Part shown: one piece after another, positions 1-10,799 of the stretch | Numbering within the stretch: position 1 is the first letter of the stretch | Layout: every line of letters begins with the position of its first letter | NCBI GenBank assembly: GCA_035248725.1 | Contig: DATFHG010000111.1 | Span: 20,252 to 84,251 of the forward strand | DNA length: 64,000 nucleotides | From: Gemmatimonadaceae bacterium | GTDB lineage: Bacteria > Gemmatimonadota > Gemmatimonadetes > Gemmatimonadales > Gemmatimonadaceae | Reading direction: 5' to 3' | Notes under the pieces: model-generated | Told to the model about the DNA's origin: nothing | Databases searched by the model: none | Seen by the model: only the letters and a program-made list of their open reading frames with translations | Translations under genes and position numbers: made by a program

Positions 1-329
1 CGCCAGCCGACCGCCACCGCCGTCATCACGACATGCGACCGCCCGCTCAGGCGCCGCAGCATGCGGCCGGCTTCGGCGTCATCGCGTGGCTTGCCGAGCA
101 CGTCGCCGTCGACGACGACGATCGTGTCGCTCCCGATGATCGCGGCGTCGTCCGCGCCGATGGCCTCCACCTTCTCGCGCGCGAGACGCTCGGCGTGCGC
201 GCGTGGCTGTTCACCGTTGCGGTACGTCTCGTCGATGTCGGCGGGACGCACTTCGTGGGGGACGCCGATGAGCGCGAGCAGCTCACGGCGACGCGGCGAC
301 TGCGACGCGAGGATGACGCGTGGCCGCAT
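1..329 (-). CDS. maf: Maf-like nucleoside triphosphate pyrophosphatase (septum formation protein Maf); 3' end runs off the left edge
   Basis: Not in the ORF track because it leaves the window. My minus-strand translation from ATG 329 (alt ATG 335) reads MRPRVILASQSPRRRELLALIGVPHEVRPADIDETYRNGEQPRAHAERLAREKVEAIGADDAAIIGSDTIVVVDGDVLGKPRDDAEAGRMLRRLSGRSHVVMTAVAV... This matches the Maf pattern (ILAS.SPRR..LL, GSDT.V..dG...GKP). The start region overlaps the dtd stop (332-334). Confidence 0.85.
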   Translation of the reverse strand, partial: MRPRVILASQSPRRRELLALIGVPHEVRPADIDETYRNGEQPRAHAERLAREKVEAIGADDAAIIGSDTIVVVDGDVLGKPRDDAEAGRMLRRLSGRSHVVMTAVAVGW

Positions 330-331
330 CG

Positions 332-769
332 TCATCGCTCGAGCCAGAGCGTGACAGGCCCGTCGTTCACGAGCTCCACGTCCATCATCGCGCCGAACTG
401 GCCCGTTTCCGTGTGAACGCCGCGCTCGCGAACGAGGGCGATGAAGCGCTCATACAGCGGAATCGCCTGCTCGGGCCGCGCCGCGTCGATGAAGCTGGGC
501 CGCCGGCCTTTCTCCGCGTTGCCATACAGCGTGAACTGAGAGACGACGAGCACCGATCCGCCCACATCCGTCACGGAGAGGTTCATCTTGTCGTCGGCGT
601 CGGGAAAGATGCGGAGGCCGAGGATCTTGTCCGTCATCCATGCCAGATGCTCTTCGGTGTCCGTCGCGGTGAATCCGACCAGGAGGAGGAGACCCGCGGT
701 GATGCGCCCGATCGTGTTGCCCTGTACGCGCACTTCCGCGCGCGACACGCGCTGCAATAAAACTCTCAC
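332..769 (-). CDS. dtd: D-aminoacyl-tRNA deacylase
   Basis: ORF 332..781. Sequence (V/M)RVLLQRVSRAEVRVQGNTIGRITAGLLLLVGF...VSQFTLYGNAEKGRRPSF...VELVNDGPVT is Dtd. Family members begin directly at MxxxxQRV, so GTG 769 is preferred over ATG 781. Confidence 0.9.
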   Translation of the reverse strand: MRVLLQRVSRAEVRVQGNTIGRITAGLLLLVGFTATDTEEHLAWMTDKILGLRIFPDADDKMNLSVTDVGGSVLVVSQFTLYGNAEKGRRPSFIDAARPEQAIPLYERFIALVRERGVHTETGQFGAMMDVELVNDGPVTLWLER

Positions 770-771
770 GA

Positions 772-865
772 ACAAAAACATTAAACCACAGAGGGCGCCG
801 AGGACACAGAGAACGGCCGCGTCATCCAGGATGGCGCGGCCGTTCGCTGTATTCTCTGTGCTCTC
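772..865 (-). terminator. Intrinsic-terminator-like structure downstream of glmS
   Basis: Perfect 11-bp inverted repeat GAACGGCCGCG (811-821) / CGCGGCCGTTC (835-845). It is extended by CACAGA (805-810) / TCTGTG (855-860). On the minus strand it is followed by TTTAATGTTTTTGTT (reverse complement of about 772-786). It lies 30 nt after the glmS stop at 895. Confidence 0.55.
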
Positions 866-894
866 GGTGGTTCAAGCAGTCTCTGTCGAGGCCC

Positions 895-2727
<1,833 letters not shown>

Positions 2728-2752
2728 ATCGTCTGATTCCTCTTCGTGCGTC

Positions 2753-4144
2753 CTACGACGTCGACGTCGCGACCGGCGCGTCGAGTCGCTCGAGTGGCCG
2801 CCGCGCGCGCTGCACCAGCTCGCGCGCGTCGCGTTCCGTGGGTGCTTCCGCAATCACTCGCACGATCGGCTCCGTTCCCGATGGCCTCACGTGCAACCAA
2901 CGATCCTTCCAGGCGAGCCGCAGTCCATCCTGGGTGTCTGCGGCCGCGTCCGTGAAGGTTTCCCGGAGCGTCGCATACACGGTGTCGAGACTCGCCTTGG
3001 GACGGCTCAGCTTGTCTTTCACAATCGAGTAGCGCGGCAGCTCGCCTGCGATGACCGACAACGGCCGCTGTTCCTCCGTCAGCAGCTGCAGCACGAGCGC
3101 GATCCCGACCGGCGCGTCGCGCCCCAGATGCATATCGGGAAGAATCACGCCGCCGTTTCCTTCGCCCCCGATCACCGCGCCGAGCTCGCGCATACGGACC
3201 GCGACGTTGACCTCCCCGACGGGCGCTCGGGTCAACGTCGACCCGCCACGGCGGACAGCCTCTTCCGTTAAGAGGCTCGTCGAGAGGTTGGTGACCGCCG
3301 GTCCCTTGCGATGCCGGAGCACGAGCGTCGCGGCGAGCGCGAGCGTGTACTCCTCGCCGAGCGCCTTCCCCTTCTCCGACACCAGGGCCAGCCGGTCGAC
3401 GTCGGGATCCACGGCAAATCCGATGTCGGAATGGCTGTCGCGGACGAGCTGCTCCAGCTCGCCAAGGTTTTCGACGATCGGTTCCGGTTCGCGCGGAAAG
3501 CGGCCGTCGGGCTCCGTGTGAATGGATGCGACGGTGCAGCCCAAGCGCTCGAGGAGCGCGGGAACGATCACGGCGCCGGCACCGCGCACGCAGTCCAGCG
3601 CCACCCGGTACTTCCGCTTGCGGATCGCGTCCACCTTCACGAAGGGCAGCTTCAGAATCTTCTCGATGTGCCGCTCCGCCGCGCGGCTGTCGGATTCGAC
3701 GTTCCCGAGCTTGTCCCATGTCGCGCGTGGGATGTCGCCGTCCGCAATCTTCCGCATCTCCGCCCCTTCCGCCGCCTCGAGAAAGAGCCCGGACGGGCCG
3801 ATCATCTTCAGCGCGTTCCACTCGATGGGATTGTGGCTCGCCGAGAGCATGATGGCGCCGGCGGCGTGGTGATCCTCCACCGCGAGCTGACAGGTGGGCG
3901 TCGTGGTCAATCCGATGTCGATGACGTTCGCACCGACGGACTGCAGGGCGGCCAGCGCCGCGCGGTGAAACATCGGCCCGGATACGCGGCTGTCGCGACC
4001 GAGGACGACGGGGCGGTCCGGATTCTTTTTCAGTGCCCAGACGCCGAAGGCCGCGGCATAGCGCGCAACGACCTCGGGCGTGAGCGCTTCGCCGACGCGC
4101 CCGCGAATGCCCGACACACTCACCATCAACCCGTCGTGCGCCAT
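2753..4144 (-). CDS. glmM: Phosphohexomutase, probable phosphoglucosamine mutase
   Basis: ORF 2753..4192. Active-site loop SASHNPIEWNALK and N-terminus MAHDGLMVSVSGIRG. GGGAGG lies 6 nt upstream of ATG 4144. The gene sits directly upstream of glmS. Confidence 0.85.
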   Translation of the reverse strand: MAHDGLMVSVSGIRGRVGEALTPEVVARYAAAFGVWALKKNPDRPVVLGRDSRVSGPMFHRAALAALQSVGANVIDIGLTTTPTCQLAVEDHHAAGAIMLSASHNPIEWNALKMIGPSGLFLEAAEGAEMRKIADGDIPRATWDKLGNVESDSRAAERHIEKILKLPFVKVDAIRKRKYRVALDCVRGAGAVIVPALLERLGCTVASIHTEPDGRFPREPEPIVENLGELEQLVRDSHSDIGFAVDPDVDRLALVSEKGKALGEEYTLALAATLVLRHRKGPAVTNLSTSLLTEEAVRRGGSTLTRAPVGEVNVAVRMRELGAVIGGEGNGGVILPDMHLGRDAPVGIALVLQLLTEEQRPLSVIAGELPRYSIVKDKLSRPKASLDTVYATLRETFTDAAADTQDGLRLAWKDRWLHVRPSGTEPIVRVIAEAPTERDARELVQRARRPLERLDAPVATSTS

Positions 4145-4201
4145 CCAACCTCCCTGGGAACGGGGAAAGCTAACGCTCCCATGGGAGTGCACATCTCGCG
4201 C

Positions 4202-5290
4202 TCAGACGACGGCGGCTTCTCTCGGCTTCGCGGTGTGTGGAATCGGCAGCAGCGTGCCTTCGCGCGCGGAGCCGAGGGTTGCTTCCACGACGCGTGGATC
4301 GAATTGCGAGTTGCAGTTCCGCTCCAGCTCGACGAGCGCTTCGTCGAACGTGAGCTCGCGGCCGCGATACGGGCGGCCGCTGGTCATCGCGTCGAGCGCG
4401 TCGGCGACCGCGGCGATGCGCGACTCGAGCGGGATCTGGTCGCCCTTGAGACCGTCCGGCAGTCCGCGCCCATCCACGCGCTCATGGTGCGACCGCACGA
4501 TGTTGAGCGCGATCGGCGCGTCGCCCAGCAGGGGCGACAGGATGCGCCAGCCGACGACGGGATGCGTCATGATGTGCTGGTATTCCTCGGCGGTCAGCTT
4601 CCCGGGTTTGTTCAGCACCGCCTCGCGAACGCCGATCTTGCCGATGTCGTGCACGTGGCCACCGAGCGTCACCTGCTGAATCGTTGGAGCATCGAGATCC
4701 AGTGCGCGCGCGATGGTCGTCGAGTACGCGCTGACGCGCACCGAATGGCCGCGCGTGTAGGGATCCTTGACTTCGAGCGCTTCGGCGAGCGCCTGGACGC
4801 CGGCGAGAAAAAGCTCTTCGATGCGTCGCGCCTGTGCCGCGACCCGTTGTTCCAGGCTCTGTTGATAGCCGCGATTCTCGAGGACGAGACGACGCTTCTC
4901 GAGCGCCTGACGCACACGGGCGCGCACCTCTTCCAGATGGAATGGCTTGGTGAGGTAATCCATCGCGCCCAGGGCGAGACAGCTCACCGCTACCTCCACA
5001 TCGGCCACCGCGGTGATCATGACGACGGCGGTATCCGGCCACTTCGCCCTCAGCTGCTTCAGCAGCTCGATGCCGTCCATCCGTGGCATGCGCATGTCGC
5101 TCATGACGAGGGTCACGGCTTGCTTCTCGAGGAGATCGATCGCTTCCAATCCGTTCGCCGCCTCGAAGCATCGGAATCCGTCCGTGCGCATCAGGTGCAC
5201 GAGCACCTGTCGCAACCGCGGCTCGTCGTCCACGACGAGACAGGTGACGTCCTGCTTTTCGGTCCCGCCGTTCACGCGGAGCTGCTCCAT
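4202..5290 (-). CDS. Response regulator, REC + HD-GYP-type phosphodiesterase domain
   Basis: ORF 4202..5461. REC: VTCLVVDDEPRLRQ...VMSDMRMPRMDGIELL...YLTKPF. HD-GYP: HSVRVS...HVHDIGKIG...HHERVDGRGLPDGL. ATG 5290 (MEQLRVNGG...) is preceded by GGGAGGAAACAGCGAGGCG. An earlier ATG at 5368 would collide with the divergent metC-like start. Confidence 0.85.
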   Translation of the reverse strand: MEQLRVNGGTEKQDVTCLVVDDEPRLRQVLVHLMRTDGFRCFEAANGLEAIDLLEKQAVTLVMSDMRMPRMDGIELLKQLRAKWPDTAVVMITAVADVEVAVSCLALGAMDYLTKPFHLEEVRARVRQALEKRRLVLENRGYQQSLEQRVAAQARRIEELFLAGVQALAEALEVKDPYTRGHSVRVSAYSTTIARALDLDAPTIQQVTLGGHVHDIGKIGVREAVLNKPGKLTAEEYQHIMTHPVVGWRILSPLLGDAPIALNIVRSHHERVDGRGLPDGLKGDQIPLESRIAAVADALDAMTSGRPYRGRELTFDEALVELERNCNSQFDPRVVEATLGSAREGTLLPIPHTAKPREAAVV

Positions 5291-5366
5291 CGCCTCGCTG
5301 TTTCCTCCCACCCGGCCCCACAGGCCGGGGTTATCTTGGTACGCGTCGCCATCACCGAGTATCGGC

Positions 5367-6587
5367 ATGACCCGCGTCTTTGATGAAGACCTGGACACCG
5401 GCGTCGGCACCCGCGCCGTGCACGCCGGCCAGCGGCCGGAACCGCTCGCGGGCGCCATCATGACGCCCGTCTACCTCACGTCGACGTACGTGCAGGACGA
5501 GCTTGGCCGGAATAAGGGTTACGAGTACGCTCGCGGCAAGAACCCGACGCGCGAGGCCCTGGAGCGCAATGTGGCGGCGCTCGAGCGCGGCACGCACGGC
5601 TTCGCGTTCAGCAGCGGGATGGGATGCGTGGACTCGCTGATGAAGATGTTCCGCGCCGGGGATCACGTCGTCTGCGGCGAGAACGTGTACGGTGGAACGT
5701 TCCGACTGTTCGACAAGGTGCTCCGCCACTACGGCATGGAGTTCTCCTTCGTCGACACGCGCGATCCGCACCGCATCGACGACGCCATGCAGAAGAACAC
5801 GCGCGCCCTGCTGGTCGAGACGCCGTCGAACCCGTTGATGCGCGTGACGGATCTCCGCGCGGCCGCGGACATCGCGCACCGGCGCTCCGCGCTGCTCATC
5901 GTCGACAACACCTTCGCGTCCCCGATTTTCCAGCGTCCATTCGAGTTCGGCGCCGACGTCGTCTTCCACTCCACCACGAAGTACCTGAACGGCCACTCGG
6001 ACATGGTCGGCGGCATCGCGATCGTGAAGGACGACGGCATCGCCGAGAAGCTCCAGTTCATCGCCAACGCCGCGGGCGCCGTGCCGGGACCATTCGATGC
6101 CTGGCTCGCCTTGCGCGGTACCAAGACGCTGCATCTCCGGATGAAGCAGCACGACATCAATGGCCGCGCGATCGCGCGGTGGCTCGTGGACCAGCTCGGC
6201 GCCGAGTCGGTGATGTACGTGGGGCTGCCGAGTCATCCGCAACACGAGCTGGCGAAACGGCAGATGTCGGGCTTCGGCGGCATGATCAGCATCGAGCTGG
6301 GCACGCGCGAGCGCGCCGCGCATGTGCTCAAGAGCGTGCGCCTGTTCTCGCTCGCCGAGTCGCTGGGCGGTGTCGAATCGCTCATCAGCCACCCGGCGAC
6401 CATGACGCATGCGTCGGTGACTCCCGAGCTCCGCACGAAGCTGGGAATCACCGATGGCCTGGTTCGCCTGTCCTGCGGCGTCGAAGAGACCGAGGATCTG
6501 CTGGCGGATCTCGACCACGCGTTCTCGACGCTGCCGGCTCCCGGCTCCCGACTCAACGCGCAAACTTTCACCGCCGCCCGGACGTAG
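5367..6587 (+). CDS. PLP-dependent Cys/Met-metabolism enzyme (cystathionine beta-lyase / gamma-synthase family)
   Basis: Real start MTRVFDEDLDTGVGTRAVHAG at ATG 5367, inside ORF 5013..6587. PLP-lysine motif HSTTKYLNGHSDMVGG, then SLGGVESLISHPATMTH. Confidence 0.9.
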   Translation: MTRVFDEDLDTGVGTRAVHAGQRPEPLAGAIMTPVYLTSTYVQDELGRNKGYEYARGKNPTREALERNVAALERGTHGFAFSSGMGCVDSLMKMFRAGDHVVCGENVYGGTFRLFDKVLRHYGMEFSFVDTRDPHRIDDAMQKNTRALLVETPSNPLMRVTDLRAAADIAHRRSALLIVDNTFASPIFQRPFEFGADVVFHSTTKYLNGHSDMVGGIAIVKDDGIAEKLQFIANAAGAVPGPFDAWLALRGTKTLHLRMKQHDINGRAIARWLVDQLGAESVMYVGLPSHPQHELAKRQMSGFGGMISIELGTRERAAHVLKSVRLFSLAESLGGVESLISHPATMTHASVTPELRTKLGITDGLVRLSCGVEETEDLLADLDHAFSTLPAPGSRLNAQTFTAART

Positions 6588-6618
6588 GATCCTCATCCGC
6601 TTCCGGACCGGCTGACCC

Positions 6619-7602
6619 ATGGCAGACACGATCAAGCTCACGGCGATTTCCTCCCGGGCGTGGGAACATCCCGCCGACCGTGCGGCGCTGAATGCGCTGC
6701 GCGCCCTGCCCGGCTTCGACGTCGCGTTGAATCGCGTCATGGGCATGCTCGGCGAACGCGGCGTCCGCCAGCTCTTTCTCGCCAACGCGGTGCGCGTCGG
6801 TGAGACGCAGCGCCCGAAGCTCAACGCGCTGTACACCGACGTGCTCCAGACACTCGACGCGCCACAGCGCTGGGACCTGTACGTGTCGCAGACGCCGATC
6901 GCGAACGCGATGGCCGTGGGCTTTCAGCGGCCTTTCATCGTGTTCAACTCCGGCATGCTCGAGATCCTCGACGAGGACGAGCGGCGTGCCGTGCTCGCGC
7001 ACGAGGTGGGACACATCATGAGCGGGCATCCCACGTACACCACGCTGGCCGTGATCCTGCTGGCGATCGGCGTCGCCAACATTCCGGCCCTCGCCAACGT
7101 CGCGCTGCTGCCGTTCGAGCTCGCGCTCCTCGAGTGGTATCGGAAATCGGAGTTCTCGGCCGACCGCGCCGCCCTGCTCGGCACACAGGACATCCGCAAG
7201 ACGCAGAGCGTCAACCTCAAGCTCGCCGGAGGGCCGCAGCTCGACGATCCCATCGATCTCGACGCGTTCCTCGTGCAGGCGAGCGAGTACGAGACGATGG
7301 CCGGTCCGTGGGACAAGGTGTGGCAGTTCATCAACACGGTGTTCCGGACGCATCCCTTTGCGACGGTGCGCGCGGGCGAGCTGCAGCGCTGGATCCAGTC
7401 GGGCGACTACGACCGCATCCTCCGGGGTGAATACATTCGGCGCGGGGAAGAGCCGCCGCCACTCACCAAGGACTTCGAGGACGCCGGCGATTACTATGGT
7501 GACCGCGCGCGCGAGGCCATGAATGTCGTAAACGACATGGTTGCGAAGGCCCGCGACGCATTCAACCAGGCCTGGAAGGGCGGGACGAACGGCACGCAGT
7601 GA
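6619..7602 (+). CDS. M48-family zinc metallopeptidase
   Basis: HEVGHIMSGH (HExxH) preceded by ...IVFNSGMLEILDEDERRAVLA, typical of the M48/HtpX-like fold. No clear TM segments. Confidence 0.8.
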   Translation: MADTIKLTAISSRAWEHPADRAALNALRALPGFDVALNRVMGMLGERGVRQLFLANAVRVGETQRPKLNALYTDVLQTLDAPQRWDLYVSQTPIANAMAVGFQRPFIVFNSGMLEILDEDERRAVLAHEVGHIMSGHPTYTTLAVILLAIGVANIPALANVALLPFELALLEWYRKSEFSADRAALLGTQDIRKTQSVNLKLAGGPQLDDPIDLDAFLVQASEYETMAGPWDKVWQFINTVFRTHPFATVRAGELQRWIQSGDYDRILRGEYIRRGEEPPPLTKDFEDAGDYYGDRAREAMNVVNDMVAKARDAFNQAWKGGTNGTQ

Positions 7603-8891
7603 AGGTGCTTCTCGTGGGCGGCGGCGGACGCGAGCACGCGCTCGCGTGGCGCCTGAAGAAAGACGATCCCTCCATCGACGTCATTGCCGCCCCGGGGAAC
7701 CCGGGCATCGCCACGCTCGCGGAGTGCGTGCCGGTGCCCGCGACGAGCATCGAAGCGCTGCAACAGCTCGCCGAAACGCGGAAGGTTGCGTACACCATCG
7801 TCGGTCCGGAGGCGCCGCTCGCCGACGGCATCGTCGATCGCTTCCGCACCGCCGGGCTGCCGATCTTCGGTCCGACGCGGGCTGCCGCCGAGATCGAGAC
7901 CTCGAAGGCGTTCTCGAAGGCGCTGATGCGCGAGGCGAACGTGCCGACGGCACGCGCCATCATCTGCACCGAAGCCGGCCGCGCCAAGGGCGCGGTGCGC
8001 GAGTTCGGCGCGCCCGTCGTGATCAAGGCCTCCGGACTCGCCGCGGGCAAGGGAGTGATGGTCTGCGAGACGCACGAGCAGGCCGATCGTGCGATCGACG
8101 ACATGCTCGTCGGTGGCATCTTCGGCGTGGCCGGCCGCGAAATCCTCGTCGAGGAATTCATGACAGGCGAGGAGCTGTCCGTCTTGGGCATCACCGACGG
8201 CGAGCGCGTGCTTCCGCTCGTCCCGGCGCAGGATCACAAGCGTCTGCTCGACGGCGACCGCGGACCGAACACCGGCGGCATGGGTGCCTATGCACCGGTG
8301 TCGATCGCGACCGACGCGCTGCTGGGCGACATCATGGACAGGATCTTCGTTCCCACGCTCGCGGCCATGCGCAGCAAAGGCCGGCCTTTCACCGGATTGC
8401 TGTACGCGGGTGTGATGCTCACGAACGATGGACCGCGCGTCGTCGAGTTCAATTGCCGCTTCGGCGATCCGGAGACACAGGTCGTGCTCGCGGTGACGCC
8501 GCTGCCGGCGGGCTTCTCGGAGGTGCTGTCCGTGGTCGCGCGCGGCGAGCAGCTGCCGGCGACCGTCGAGTGGCCCGAGGCCCGCGGCGCGGCGGTCACG
8601 ACCGTCCTCGCGGCGGCCGGATACCCTGACAAGCCGGTGAGCGGCGCAGCGATCACGATCCCGGACGATCTCGACGACGTCGTCGTGTTCCATGCGGGCA
8701 CGGCACAGCGCGCGTCGGGCGACCTCGTGACCACCGGCGGCCGTGTGCTGGCGGTGACCGGGATCGCGCCGAGTTTCGACGACGCGCAGCGCAGGAGCCG
8801 CGACGCCGCCGCACGCATCCGGTTCGAGGGCAAGCAGTACCGGACCGACATCGGTTGGCGCGAGATTTCGCGCCGTGCCCGAGCTTCCTGA
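7599..8891 (+). CDS. purD: Phosphoribosylamine--glycine ligase
   Basis: MKVLLVGGGGREHALAWRL...VVIKASGLAAGKGV...EFNCRFGDPE. GTG 7599 overlaps the M48 stop (GTGA). Confidence 0.97.
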   Translation: MKVLLVGGGGREHALAWRLKKDDPSIDVIAAPGNPGIATLAECVPVPATSIEALQQLAETRKVAYTIVGPEAPLADGIVDRFRTAGLPIFGPTRAAAEIETSKAFSKALMREANVPTARAIICTEAGRAKGAVREFGAPVVIKASGLAAGKGVMVCETHEQADRAIDDMLVGGIFGVAGREILVEEFMTGEELSVLGITDGERVLPLVPAQDHKRLLDGDRGPNTGGMGAYAPVSIATDALLGDIMDRIFVPTLAAMRSKGRPFTGLLYAGVMLTNDGPRVVEFNCRFGDPETQVVLAVTPLPAGFSEVLSVVARGEQLPATVEWPEARGAAVTTVLAAAGYPDKPVSGAAITIPDDLDDVVVFHAGTAQRASGDLVTTGGRVLAVTGIAPSFDDAQRRSRDAAARIRFEGKQYRTDIGWREISRRARAS

Positions 8892-9702
8892 GGTCGAGAC
8901 GATTGCGCGCGATCTGCAGGCTCGGATCGTCGGCAGCACGATCGCGCGCGTCGAGGTCTCCAAGGCCGACGTTCTCCGCGTAGTCGGCGCGCGCGCGCTG
9001 GCCCGGCGCACCGCGGGCGCGACGTTCGTGCGCGTGTGGCGGCGCGCGAAGCTCGTGATCCTCGATCTCTCCACGGACGATCGGCTCGTCGTGTCGCTGC
9101 GCTTCACCGGCGCGTTGCTCGTCGACGACGGATCACTTTCCGACGAGGACCGTCGGTATTCCACAGTGCGCTGGCGTCTCGCTGACGGGCGCACACTGCA
9201 TTACCGTGAGGTCCGGCGCCTCGGCACCGTGTCGCTCATGACGCCGAAGCAGTTCGACGGCTACGTCCAGCGACTCGGCGTCGAACCGCTGGAAGCCGAA
9301 TTCACACCGGAGATCCTTTTCCAGCTGCTGCAGGCCTCTCGACAGGCGGTGAAGAAACGCATCATGGATCAGACAGCCGTGGTCGGCGTCGGGAACATCT
9401 ACGCGAATGAAGCCCTCTGGCGGGCGCGCATCGACCCGTCACGCGCCGCACGCCGCGTGACCCGCGAGGAAAGCGACCGGCTGCACGGCGCGATCATCGC
9501 CGTACTGCGGGACGCGCTCGATTCCCGAGGCACCAGCTTTCGCGACTATCGTGATTCGTCGGGCGAACGCGGCGGCTTCAGCAGGCGACTCGCCGTCTAC
9601 GGACGCGAGGGCCAACGCTGCCGTCGTTGCGGTAGCCGCCTCGTGGGCACGCACGCCATCGACGGCCGGAGTACGGTCCTGTGCGTTCGCTGTCAAAGCT
9701 AG
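8875..9702 (+). CDS. mutM: Formamidopyrimidine-DNA glycosylase
   Basis: N-terminal MPELPEVETIARDL and a C-terminal zinc finger CRRCGSRLVGTHAIDGRSTVLCVRCQ. GTG start 8875 overlaps the purD end by 17 nt. Confidence 0.95.
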   Translation: MPELPEVETIARDLQARIVGSTIARVEVSKADVLRVVGARALARRTAGATFVRVWRRAKLVILDLSTDDRLVVSLRFTGALLVDDGSLSDEDRRYSTVRWRLADGRTLHYREVRRLGTVSLMTPKQFDGYVQRLGVEPLEAEFTPEILFQLLQASRQAVKKRIMDQTAVVGVGNIYANEALWRARIDPSRAARRVTREESDRLHGAIIAVLRDALDSRGTSFRDYRDSSGERGGFSRRLAVYGREGQRCRRCGSRLVGTHAIDGRSTVLCVRCQS

Positions 9703-10793
9703 ACCTCCTCAAACCGCGCACGTCGGAAGAACGCGTGCGCGAACTGCTCGCGTACGTGAAGGAGCGTGCCGAGAACAAGCCCGCCGTCTATCGCTTTGTC
9801 GCGCCCGATGGCGAAGTGGTGTACGTGGGCAAGTCGAAGCAGTTACGCGCGCGATTGTTGAGCTACTTCCGCGGCGCCTATCCGGACGAAAAGGGCGCGC
9901 GCATTCTGCGCGAGGCGCACGACATCGCGTGGGACTACGTGCCCAGCGAATTCGCCGCGCTGCTCGGCGAGCTGCGCCTCATCAAACGCTGGCGGCCGCG
10001 GTTGAACGTCGCCATGAAGCGTGACGGCCGGAACCTCTGCTTCATCAAGCTCACGGGCGGCGTGGCGCCCCGACTCACCGTGGTGCGCGGGCCGGGCGTC
10101 GACGACCACGCGCTGTACTACGGACCGTTCCTGGGCGCGCAGCGGGTGGAACAGTCGCTGCGCGAGCTGTCCGACGTGCTTGGGCTCCGCGATTGCACGC
10201 TCGATCGAAAGATGCAGTTCTCGGATCAGCGCGACCTGTTCCCCGTGCCGCCGCGGACGCCCGGCTGCCTGCGCTACGAGGTGAAAAAGTGCCTCGGGCC
10301 GTGCATCGCCGCGTGTTCGTCGGGCGACTACATGGAACGCGTGGCGATGGCACGCGCGTTTCTCGATGGCCGCGACGACGGGCCGCTCGCCATGCTCTTC
10401 CACGAGATGCGCCTCAGCAGCGAGCGGCTGGAGTTCGAGCGTGCCGCGGCATATCGCGACAAGTTTCACCGTCTCGAGGCGCTGCGCGAAGAGTTCGGGC
10501 GCCTCCGCTTCGCCGTCGAATCGCTATCCTTCGTGTACAAGGTCAGCGGCTTCGATGGTGCGGAGCGGCTGTACGTGATCCGTCGCGGACGGGTGCGGGC
10601 TGAGCTGGATCCACCCACGACACAGTGCGAAAGGGCGGCGCTGGACGCCTTGCTCGCGGAGGTCTTCGCCGACGCGACGAATGGCATGCAGGTCCCGTCT
10701 CATGAGATCGACGAGCTGCTGCTGCTATCCAGCTGGTTCAAACGCTTCCCCGACGAGCTTCAGCGTACCCAACCCGTGTCACGCGTGAGCTGA
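9681..10793 (+). CDS. UvrC-homologue nuclease with GIY-YIG and UVR regions only (Cho-like)
   Basis: GIY-YIG: PAVYRFVAPDGEVVYVGKSKQLRARLLSYF. UvrC-type Cys region PGCLRYEVKKCLGPCIAAC. UVR-like LEFERAAAYRDKFHRLEAL. At 370 aa it lacks the C-terminal EndoV-like/HhH half of UvrC. Start is uncertain (GTG 9681 overlaps mutM by 22 nt). Confidence 0.75.
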   Translation: MRSLSKLDLLKPRTSEERVRELLAYVKERAENKPAVYRFVAPDGEVVYVGKSKQLRARLLSYFRGAYPDEKGARILREAHDIAWDYVPSEFAALLGELRLIKRWRPRLNVAMKRDGRNLCFIKLTGGVAPRLTVVRGPGVDDHALYYGPFLGAQRVEQSLRELSDVLGLRDCTLDRKMQFSDQRDLFPVPPRTPGCLRYEVKKCLGPCIAACSSGDYMERVAMARAFLDGRDDGPLAMLFHEMRLSSERLEFERAAAYRDKFHRLEALREEFGRLRFAVESLSFVYKVSGFDGAERLYVIRRGRVRAELDPPTTQCERAALDALLAEVFADATNGMQVPSHEIDELLLLSSWFKRFPDELQRTQPVSRVS

Positions 10794-10799
10794 AAGGCG

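Noticed and set aside
2728-2752. Possible glmS ribozyme upstream of glmS.
   Set aside because: Only 25 nt separate glmS from glmM, too short for the ribozyme (over 150 nt). glmS appears co-transcribed with glmM.
4176-4187. Perfect 12-bp palindrome CTCCCATGGGAG between the HD-GYP gene stop and the glmM start.
   Set aside because: It is short, GC-rich and loop-less. It could arise by chance and I see no second copy in the window, so it is not enough to call an operator.
5311-5329. Hairpin CCCGGCC-ccaca-GGCCGGG upstream of the metC-like gene, considered as part of a SAM/Met riboswitch.
   Set aside because: The whole divergent intergenic region is only 76 nt, far too short for known SAM riboswitch classes. 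No conserved riboswitch core was recognised.
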